A stretch of 32,000 nt of DNA. Origin: Phormidium tenue FACHB-1050 (GTDB taxonomy: Bacteria > Cyanobacteriota > Cyanobacteriia > Pseudanabaenales > Pseudanabaenaceae). The translations under genes and the position numbers were made by a program. The DNA lies in assembly GCF_014696925.1 (NCBI RefSeq), contig NZ_JACJQY010000037.1:1-32000 (forward strand), read 5' to 3'. This document shows, one piece after another, positions 17,045-24,412 of the stretch (position 1 is its first letter; the number at the start of each line of letters is the position of its first letter). Below the pieces are notes generated by a model. The model did no database searches and had not been told where the DNA came from. It saw nothing but the letters and a program-made list of their open reading frames with translations.

Positions 17045-17645
17045 AATTACTTAATTGGCGGCGAAAGTCTCTAGGACTAAGGCGTAAAGGATTTTGGGTG
17101 TCCCAAATTCCTAGCTCTTGCAATCTTGCTTTAGTTTGAGCGCGGCTGATCCTTGCGTCATACTTGACATTGGGCGAATAGGATTCAGCGATCGCCAATC
17201 CTTCAGCCACTAAATATTGATTAACTAATAAATTATCTTTCCAAATATAGGCAAGCAGGCGATCGGAGTTATCTTTTTGCTTGACATCAAACTCTAAAAT
17301 TACCTTCTGCTCTTTAATGAGATCCGATAGCCGCTGACGAGCGCGATCGCCCCAAGGAGATTGCTCTTTTAGTGGTGCACTCATTCCAAGTAATCGCACT
17401 CGCTGCACAGTCATATTTGGATTGCTCACAACTGTAGCCTCGACTGTCTGACCACTAACCACTCGATTGATAATCCAGGTTTCGCCATTGATCTGTTCCT
17501 TGGGTTGCATAAAGGCGATCGCTATATTAGAGATCGTCAAAAAGGCAACTAATAACACAACCAAAATCAGCGATCGCGACGGAGATTTAGCGATTGCGTC
17601 TTTTTTTCCTGCTTTAGAATTCATAGGCTGTGCGGCATAATTCAA
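17043..17645 (-). CDS. Membrane-anchored thermonuclease (SNase-like) family protein
   Basis: N-terminal TM. RVRLLGMSAP...WGDRARQRL...DRLLAYIW...VNQYLVAEGLA follows the staphylococcal-nuclease fold pattern. Confidence 0.7.
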   Translation of the reverse strand: MNYAAQPMNSKAGKKDAIAKSPSRSLILVVLLVAFLTISNIAIAFMQPKEQINGETWIINRVVSGQTVEATVVSNPNMTVQRVRLLGMSAPLKEQSPWGDRARQRLSDLIKEQKVILEFDVKQKDNSDRLLAYIWKDNLLVNQYLVAEGLAIAESYSPNVKYDARISRAQTKARLQELGIWDTQNPLRLSPRDFRRQLSN

Positions 17646-17648
17646 AAC

Positions 17649-17673
17649 ATAAAGGGCGCGAAGCGCCCTTTAT
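17649..17673 (-). terminator. GAA-triloop terminator after the ferredoxin gene
   Basis: ATAAAGGGCGC-GAA-GCGCCCTTTAT. Confidence 0.65.
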
Positions 17674-17678
17674 ACTGT

Positions 17679-18050
17679 TTAGTCATGATCAATCGGAATA
17701 CCAAACTGAAACCAGTGGCGCTTGCGCTTGGCAAAAAAGTTACCAAACTGGAGCCGATAGACCTCATCTTCATCTTGGGTTTCTAGGTCTAAGTCTGACT
17801 GTGCGTAACCCGAACAAATTAGTGCATACCCTTCATCCTGCAATGTCTTGGATAAACCAATCACTTCATGTTGGTCGATTTTCCCTGACTTGACCCGCAT
17901 CGCGCAAGCTGTACAAGCACCATTCAAACAAGAAAAAGGTAAATCTATCCCTTGCAATTCCAAGGATTCAAGAATATAGCGATCGCCTTCGATATCAGCT
18001 TCATAGAGCTTATCGTTTTGGCGATCGTGAATGCGAATGTGATAGGACAT
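17679..18050 (-). CDS. Plant-type [2Fe-2S] ferredoxin with C-terminal extension (FdC2-like)
   Basis: C-x4-C-x2-C in SCLNGACTACA plus the distal Cys in LICSGY. About 25 extra C-terminal residues. Confidence 0.75.
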   Translation of the reverse strand: MSYHIRIHDRQNDKLYEADIEGDRYILESLELQGIDLPFSCLNGACTACAMRVKSGKIDQHEVIGLSKTLQDEGYALICSGYAQSDLDLETQDEDEVYRLQFGNFFAKRKRHWFQFGIPIDHD

Positions 18051-18055
18051 AGTTT

Positions 18056-18604
18056 TTACACGCGAGTAGGAATCATGCCCGTCTGGCGAGCATAATCAAA
18101 TAAACCACCAGCATCAATTACAGGGCGTACATCACCGAGGGATTTCAACACATAGGTTTGACCAGTGGTCTCATTAATAATGACATCATTATCAAAGTCA
18201 ATCGTCGCTTCTTCACCAGTCTTAAAGAGATCGACTAAGCGCTCAACTGACTCCCAAGGATATAGCTCACCTGTCGCCGTACAGTTACGGAAGAAAATTC
18301 TGGCATAGGACTGAGCTACTACAGCATCTAGCCCTGCTGCACCAAGAGCGATCGGAGCATGTTCCCTTGAAGATCCGCAGCCAAAATTTTCACCAGCCAC
18401 AATGATCGAATAAACTGTTTTGCTCTCACCTTCAGCAATAAAGCGATCATAGCGATCGGGTAGCCCGATCATCGCATAGCTTCCTAACTTCTCATACTCA
18501 TCGGGCTTAGATGGTACAAGTGTGAGATATTCCGCAGGAATAATTTGGTCAGTATCGATATTGTCATCTAATACAAACACTTTACCCTTGATAGTCTTAC
18601 TCAT
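18056..18604 (-). CDS. leuD: 3-isopropylmalate dehydratase small subunit
   Basis: GENFGCGSSREHAP motif. 182 aa. Confidence 0.85.
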   Translation of the reverse strand: MSKTIKGKVFVLDDNIDTDQIIPAEYLTLVPSKPDEYEKLGSYAMIGLPDRYDRFIAEGESKTVYSIIVAGENFGCGSSREHAPIALGAAGLDAVVAQSYARIFFRNCTATGELYPWESVERLVDLFKTGEEATIDFDNDVIINETTGQTYVLKSLGDVRPVIDAGGLFDYARQTGMIPTRV

Positions 18605-18631
18605 AATTTTCGGTTATAAACTACTTATAAA

Positions 18632-18660
18632 CAGAAAGAGCGCGAAGCGCTCTTTCTGTT
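18632..18660 (-). terminator. GAA-triloop terminator
   Basis: ACAGAAAGAGCGC-GAA-GCGCTCTTTCTGT. Confidence 0.65.
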
Positions 18661-18662
18661 AT

Positions 18663-19166
18663 TTAATCAAAATAAAACAATGTGACAACCTTGCGTTGCT
18701 CTTCAGCATCCTGACAAGTTTGTAATAAAGTCTCGCTGCCATGAAACGCAAAGCAAATAAGTTGCTGACACTTAGAAATAATTTCTTGGTTGCATCGGAT
18801 ACTTGCTTCAGCCAAGGATAGGGTGTCATTCTCACCATGCTCAATTAAATGAATCACATTTTCTAGCTGTTCGCGAGATTCATAAGGCTGTCTATCGAGA
18901 CTTTGCGGCAAAATTACGGTCAACAAATTGGGGTCAGCACGTAAAGCTCCCCGAATCGCAGCAAAATTTGTACCTGTTGCACCAGAGGTAATAATACTGT
19001 TGCCAGATAAAGCCAAGGCATAGCTGAGCAGTTCGATCAGCAGTTGGTGAGTTAATGGCACATGGCGGGAGCCTAAAAATGCTATTCGCTTTGAGCCTTG
19101 CTGCTGTATGGTTGCCAGCTCTTGCAAAAAGTCGTCTAGCTTGGGTAGATTAATTGACTGAGTCAA
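18663..19166 (-). CDS. DprA/Smf-like Rossmann-fold (SLOG) protein
   Basis: RIAFLGSRHVPLTHQ...GNSIITSGATGTNFAAIRGAL...LTVILPQSL parallels the DprA core IAxVGSR...SGxAxGID..AH.gAL...AVL. 167 aa only. Confidence 0.5.
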   Translation of the reverse strand: MTQSINLPKLDDFLQELATIQQQGSKRIAFLGSRHVPLTHQLLIELLSYALALSGNSIITSGATGTNFAAIRGALRADPNLLTVILPQSLDRQPYESREQLENVIHLIEHGENDTLSLAEASIRCNQEIISKCQQLICFAFHGSETLLQTCQDAEEQRKVVTLFYFD

Positions 19167-19253
19167 ACAAATCCCTCTCGGTTACTACTTACTGAACGAA
19201 TACTTACACAATATCACTTAACCCTAGAGAAGCAAACCAAACTCACGTTGTAT

Positions 19254-19308
19254 TAGGACAAATCAAAACTCAAGAAGCGAGTGGTGGCGCTTCTTGGGTT
19301 TGTATCCT
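19254..19308. mobile_element. MITE-like palindrome, internally deleted copy C
   Basis: AGGACAAATCAAAACTCAAGAAGCGAGTGGTGGCGCTTCTTGGGTTTGTATCCT. Confidence 0.5.
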
Positions 19309-19463
19309 AACAAGACTGGCGACAGCTATAACATCACGAAAATATCGGAAGGCTCTGTCTTCCGATATTTTTTGGGATCGATTATTTTTTGTAAGCCCCT
19401 TAAGCGGCTGAATCATAAACACATGAATGCTGAGCGGGTGGGATAGTATCTCCAAAATATAAG

Positions 19464-19518
19464 AGTAACTTTTGCATAACTTTTGCATAACTTTTGCATA
19501 ACTTTTGCATAACTTTTA
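19464..19518 (+). repeat. Tandem 11-bp array, 5 units (nnTAACTTTTn)
   Basis: AGTAACTTTTG then CATAACTTTTG x3 then CATAACTTTTA. Confidence 0.95.
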
Positions 19519-19996
19519 GCTGGTGTAGCCAAAAATGATTCATATTACGATATTTCACATATTAATAATATTTTTTAATGCCAATAAAAAGTAATGCAGG
19601 TTTAGTCCTGCATTATTAGTTACTCACTTAGACATTCACTAGACAGTAAATGTTCCCAAATTATTTCCCAAATTATTTTTAAGGAACTATGTGAGTTTTA
19701 TTGGCTATGGCAAGACGAAAGGTAGAGGTTAGAACAAGTTCCCTAGTTTCTTGATTTACTTGCCATTCCAGAAAAAGTTAAGTGTTGCGTCATAAAGAGC
19801 TATTAAAGCCAAGACACCAGATCCCCTAAGTCTTTACTTCTAGATTTTTCTGACAATATTCAGTTCGTGTCGAGTTGCCCCCCAAAGACTTGCTAAAAAA
19901 CACCCTGATTTAATTCATTGGAGTAGTTTTTGGAATATTTTTCGATATTTCTGGCAAGTCAGAAGAAATTTTTAGTTCTTAAAGGATTGGATTACT

Positions 19997-21574
19997 ATGT
20001 CTAAAATTAGCAGACGTACAGCAATGCGTCTCGGACTCGGTGCTGGTGGTACAGCGATCGCCTCAGCAGCGTTCAGCAATCTTGGTTATGCCCAAGTTTT
20101 TTCTGATGATAGTTCGTATAGGTCACGTAGTCTACCACCGTTTTATGCTCGTGACTTTCGCTACCAGTCTCCGCTTCTACCAGTTCGTAGTGATAGCAAC
20201 ACGGACTACTACGAAATCAGGATGCAGAAAGGCTCCGCTGAGATTTTACCAAATATTCAAACCGAAATTTGGGGCTACAGTGGCATGGTGCCAGGTCCAT
20301 TGATCTATCAGCAACTAGGTCGCCAGTCTGTCGTTCGCTTCATTAATAATCTTGGTACAGATAGCCAAAATCGGAAAATTCATACATCAGTTCATTTGCA
20401 TGGCAGTGCCTCTCTCCCTCAATACGATGGATGGGCTGATGATATTACTAATCCTGGACAATACAAGGATTATATCTTTCCAAACAACCGCGCTGCGACA
20501 TTGTGGTATCACGATCATGGCGTACATCGGACAGCAGTAAATGCTTACATGGGACTAGCAGGCAATTATATTGTCGCCGATCCCAACGAAAATCCCAATA
20601 TTCCCAAAGGTGAATTTGATGTTCCAATTGTCTTGTCAGATAAACTTTTGGCTCGCAATGGCAGGATTGTTTACGCGGATAGCGGCGAAAAAGATGTTTT
20701 TGGAGATATCGTTTTAGTCAATGGTGTGCCTTGGCCGCGCATGGCAGTCAAACGTACTAAGTATCGGTTTCGTTTTTTAAATACGGGGATTTCTAGATCC
20801 TATACATTGAGACTGAGCAACGGTCAACCTTTGACTGTAATTGCTTCTGATGCTGGGCTGTTGCCATCTCCAGTGCAAACGCCTACTCTCATGATTGGTG
20901 TTGGCGAACGCTATGAGCTGGTGATTGATTTTGCCAGTTACCCAGCAGGTACTCAAATTGAGCTTCTCAGCAACGCAGTGGAGAACGATAGCCCCTTTGC
21001 CAGTACGCGGAAAATCATGCGGTTTGATGTAAGTGGTGGAGCCGTGTCTCATAACCCACCTTTACCAATCTTACTGCGTAATGATGGTTTCGATTTTAAT
21101 CGCAAACGTCAGGAATTATTATCTCGTGTTGTTCGTCGTCGCGAGTTTGTGTTCGGAAAGGATAACCTTCAGGACCAATGGACGGTTAATGGTCGCACTT
21201 GGGCGAATGGAGGGCTTGAGGCAAACCCTAGAGTAGGTGACGTGGAGATATGGAAATTTGTGAATGGCGGTGGTGGATGGCATCACCCAATTCATGTCCA
21301 CCTCGTCGATATGCTGATCTTAAGTCGCAACAAGCGACGTAAAGTGCAACCCTATGAAATGGGTTGGAAGGACGTATTTTACTTGGATGAAGGAGCGGAT
21401 ATCGAGGTTGTCGCTCAGTTTGGTCCCCATAATGGCAAGTATATGATGCACTGTCACAACTTGGTTCATGAAGATCACGATATGATGCGGGCTTTTGAAG
21501 TTGGTCAGGGTGGTCCAGATCCCGTAACAACTGCTCCTGCAAAGCCATATAACTCTAGCGTTCCACCACTCTAA
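19997..21574 (+). CDS. Tat-exported three-domain multicopper oxidase (CotA/bilirubin-oxidase-like)
   Basis: Twin-arginine SRRTAMRLGLGAGG. Copper ligand blocks HLHG, WYHDH, HPIHVHL, HCHNLVHEDHDMM. Confidence 0.9.
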   Translation: MSKISRRTAMRLGLGAGGTAIASAAFSNLGYAQVFSDDSSYRSRSLPPFYARDFRYQSPLLPVRSDSNTDYYEIRMQKGSAEILPNIQTEIWGYSGMVPGPLIYQQLGRQSVVRFINNLGTDSQNRKIHTSVHLHGSASLPQYDGWADDITNPGQYKDYIFPNNRAATLWYHDHGVHRTAVNAYMGLAGNYIVADPNENPNIPKGEFDVPIVLSDKLLARNGRIVYADSGEKDVFGDIVLVNGVPWPRMAVKRTKYRFRFLNTGISRSYTLRLSNGQPLTVIASDAGLLPSPVQTPTLMIGVGERYELVIDFASYPAGTQIELLSNAVENDSPFASTRKIMRFDVSGGAVSHNPPLPILLRNDGFDFNRKRQELLSRVVRRREFVFGKDNLQDQWTVNGRTWANGGLEANPRVGDVEIWKFVNGGGGWHHPIHVHLVDMLILSRNKRRKVQPYEMGWKDVFYLDEGADIEVVAQFGPHNGKYMMHCHNLVHEDHDMMRAFEVGQGGPDPVTTAPAKPYNSSVPPL

Positions 21575-21636
21575 ATGCGGCTGTAACCGTAAAACTAAAG
21601 CCACCAGAAATGATTTTCCGTTTGGAAGTTTGCCAT

Positions 21637-22491
21637 ATGATGTTTTCCCAAAGATTAGTCCAAATTGCCAAGGCTGGAACCATCGTGCTGACTTTGCTCT
21701 TTACGATGTTTGTGGTGATGCCATCATCCGCGATCGCTAGTGGTCATGGTCATGGAGAAGGACATAAGCGTGTGCCTAATTTTGAATATCCCTATCCGAT
21801 CTCCCAACGGCGGATCGATGCGGAACAACTTCTTAATCAAGGATTGAGCAAGGCTTATCAGCTCGATCTTCAGGGTGCGATCGCCGATTTAATTGAGGCG
21901 ACCAAAATCGATCCTACTGATGAAGATGCGTTTCGCTATCTGGGCGATGTTTACGTTGAGGCTGGCAATTTTACAGATGCGATCGCTGCTTATTCCTCTG
22001 CATTACGCTATCGTCCAGGCTTCTCGCATTTGTACAACAGTCGAGGTGAGGCTCACTTAGCGCTGAAGGAATATGATCTTGCGATCCGCGATTTCACGCG
22101 AGCGATTTCTGTCTATCCAGGTGAACCAAGAGGACACTACAACCGCAGTGTTGCCTATCGCAATATCAAAAGCTATGTCTTGGCGCTTAATGATTTACAG
22201 AATGCAATCCGTACTAGCAATCACACCTATGTAGATGCCTTTATTGATCGCAGTAAAATTCGGCAGATTTTAGGTGATGTCAAAGGTGCGATCGAAGACT
22301 ATCAAACTGCATCACTGTTGTTAGAGTCTCAGCCCGAAGAATTTCTCAATCAAGAAGACTTTGCAAACTATCAAAAGCTTCAAGTTGAGTATCAAAATAC
22401 AATTCAGACTGCTGAAGATATTAAGACAAAATTGCTCAGTAATTGTGATGAGCAACCAAATTTTATCGTAGATCAAAATCAATTTTCTTAA
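21637..22491 (+). CDS. Secreted/anchored TPR-repeat protein with His-rich GHGHGEGH N-terminus
   Basis: Hydrophobic leader ...VVMPSSAIASG, then GHGHGEGH. At least 4 TPR units (e.g. AFRYLGDVYVEAGNFTDAIAAYSSALRYRP). Starts a few tens of nt after the MCO stop. Alternative start at 21610. Confidence 0.75.
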   Translation: MMFSQRLVQIAKAGTIVLTLLFTMFVVMPSSAIASGHGHGEGHKRVPNFEYPYPISQRRIDAEQLLNQGLSKAYQLDLQGAIADLIEATKIDPTDEDAFRYLGDVYVEAGNFTDAIAAYSSALRYRPGFSHLYNSRGEAHLALKEYDLAIRDFTRAISVYPGEPRGHYNRSVAYRNIKSYVLALNDLQNAIRTSNHTYVDAFIDRSKIRQILGDVKGAIEDYQTASLLLESQPEEFLNQEDFANYQKLQVEYQNTIQTAEDIKTKLLSNCDEQPNFIVDQNQFS

Positions 22492-22501
22492 TGACTGATG
22501 T

Positions 22502-22627
22502 TACGTGGAAGCTTCCAATTCCCTCATTCCTAGTCCTTCTCCCTAAAGTGTAGATGGGAATAAGAAATTAGTCTTGCTCCCTCTCTCCCATCAAGGGATA
22601 GGGTGATGGTGGTGAGGGTTCCACGTA
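22502..22627. repeat. ~126-bp imperfect palindromic element
   Basis: Terminal inverted repeats TACGTGGAA / TTCCACGTA and CCCTCA / TGAGGG. Internal CTCTCCC...GGGATAGGG motifs. Confidence 0.55.
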
Positions 22628-22678
22628 GTTAATGAGAACTATGAATAAATGTGTCAACTCTGATGTGGAAATAAAAAA

Positions 22679-23080
22679 ATGAGAACAAATATAATTGACT
22701 CACTAAAAAGGATTAGTAATTTCGGGAAGCTAATTGCTATCTCGATTTTTACGCTATTGGTGCTGATGGTTGCTTTGAAAACAACCGATGGTGCTGAGTC
22801 TAGACCATCAAATGTTAGTCATTCTGAGGCTTCGGACTCGTTGTGCTATATGGTGACTTCCAAAGGTAAAGTGGTCGATCTCATGCATTTATGCAAGCAG
22901 AGCAATCCCACTAACTTAACTTCAGCATCCCAATCTCCCACGTTTGGCGTTTATCCCCAAATTGCTCGCGGACCGCAATCATATGCCAATTATAAGGGGG
23001 CTTTGTCTTATCCATCTCCACCCAACATTTACAACTATCAAGCGATGAACAATTTTGATAATCAGTTGTACGGCAACTAG
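22679..23080 (+). CDS. Small membrane-anchored/secreted hypothetical protein with LCYM..G..VDL..LC motif
   Basis: 133 aa. TM LIAISIFTLLVLMVAL. The Cys-bracketed motif is recurrent in small cyanobacterial exoproteins (from memory). Confidence 0.45.
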   Translation: MRTNIIDSLKRISNFGKLIAISIFTLLVLMVALKTTDGAESRPSNVSHSEASDSLCYMVTSKGKVVDLMHLCKQSNPTNLTSASQSPTFGVYPQIARGPQSYANYKGALSYPSPPNIYNYQAMNNFDNQLYGN

Positions 23081-23148
23081 ATTTATTTCCATCAAAAAAG
23101 GCGTGGTGCAAAAACTCTGGAGAGTTTCAAGATGCGACGTATGGTAGG

Positions 23149-23266
23149 TATAGCAATGTAAGTTTTGCTTAGGACATTAAACCCAAAAGATGAGTGGCGG
23201 CGCTTCGCGCCGCCACTCATCTTTTGGGTTTTGATTTTTGTCCGAGCTATCTCTTACATTGCTATA
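23149..23266. mobile_element. MITE-like nested palindrome, copy D (most complete)
   Basis: Perfect 14-nt termini TATAGCAATGTAAG / CTTACATTGCTATA. Central GATGAGTGGCGGCGCTTCGCGCCGCCACTCATC hairpin. Confidence 0.75.
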
Positions 23267-23347
23267 GTACGACTGCGCTACGGACTCCGCAAATCCTTGG
23301 AGATGTCGTTTATCCTTAAAACCCTTTCCAGACTTTTCCGCAATACT

Positions 23348-23378
23348 AAGGGCATACCCAGTGGGTATGCCCTTTTTT
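23348..23378 (+). terminator. Strong plus-strand intrinsic terminator
   Basis: GGGCATACCC-AGT-GGGTATGCCC followed by TTTTTT. Confidence 0.75.
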
Positions 23379-23910
23379 GATGGGAAGAAATCAATTGAGA
23401 TCTCTTTAATAAATGCGATCGCATTCTATAAATTCAGATGAAACTTTATTTCATCCTTAAATCTACACATCATTTAGATTTCGTAGTAGAAAGATAGCAT
23501 TTACACTTAACTAGTAAGTAATACCTAGTAATAATTAACTCCACATAATTACAAAACAAAATGAAAGTTTATAAAATTTATTGTATGTGTAATATAAATT
23601 TTGAAAATTTTATATTTAATTTTAAATAGTCACTTAGTAAAGAAAAAATTTACAAATATATAAACATAAAAAATAAACTTGCATAAGTAATCACTAATAA
23701 TTATCATCACGATTTATCTATATAAAAAATAGCCCTTTTGAAAGGTTGTTTTTCATTGATATTACATATACTTAACTCTATAGCTATTCAAGAAAATATT
23801 AGATGTTAAAAAAAAGAGATAACTTGCAGGATAAGCATATACAAAGCGATGTACGACTTGCTTTTGTCTGTTTAGAAGCTCAGTAAAACAACATCTATTA
23901 ATAATTTGCT

Positions 23911-24031
23911 GATAACTTTCAAGTAACTTTCAAGTAACTTTTTACTAACTTTCAAGTAACTTATTTGTAACTTTTTACTAACTTTCAAGTAATTTTCTGA
24001 TAACTTTTTACTAACTTATTGGTAACTTTTA
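23911..24031 (+). repeat. Tandem 11-bp array, 11 units (nGTAACTTTnn), with 33-bp higher-order periodicity
   Basis: GATAACTTTCA AGTAACTTTCA AGTAACTTTTT ACTAACTTTCA AGTAACTTATT TGTAACTTTTT ACTAACTTTCA AGTAATTTTCT GATAACTTTTT ACTAACTTATT GGTAACTTTTA. Confidence 0.95.
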
Positions 24032-24412
24032 ACGGTTGAATTTCTCAGCAAATTCAGCATTAATACGTTCATTCGCTAAACCTAGTGTGTAATTAATTTT
24101 GCAAAATAAATCACTCAAATCTGTAAATTTGCCCCCTCATATGAACATGGTTTACGGATTTATATTTGAAATTAATTGTGCCTAGTTGCTATTGCCTTGC
24201 TCTTGGAAAATCTATTGTGATACTTCCATTCTCTTCAGGATTACTGTTAAAAATACTCTCCGTAATTCCATTTTCTTTAACTTTTATTGCTGATTTCTTT
24301 GGAATTACGATGAATTTTATAGGGTTTTACTTATTGAGAATAGACAGTACTTTGCTCGACCTCTATCTCCATCAATCTTCAGCAAATTTATTGCAGTTAA
24401 GGGTTTAACGTT

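Noticed and set aside
17630-17893. 87-aa plus-strand ORF overlapping the ferredoxin gene
   Set aside because: It is antisense to a gene with a clear 2Fe-2S cysteine motif, and it has no motifs of its own.
19270-19488. 72-aa minus-strand ORF in the DprA-like/MCO spacer
   Set aside because: It runs through the degenerate MITE copy and into the 11-bp tandem array. Its composition and position indicate non-coding DNA.
23165-23380. 71-aa plus-strand ORF
   Set aside because: It is translated straight through MITE copy D and the terminator hairpin, and starts with TTG. It is an artefact of the palindrome.
23911-24031. Could the 11-bp array (and the one at 19464-19518) be a CRISPR array or coding repeat?
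   Set aside because: The units are contiguous with no spacers, are far shorter than CRISPR repeats, no cas genes are nearby, and all frames are closed by stops. I treat them as regulatory or structural tandem repeats.
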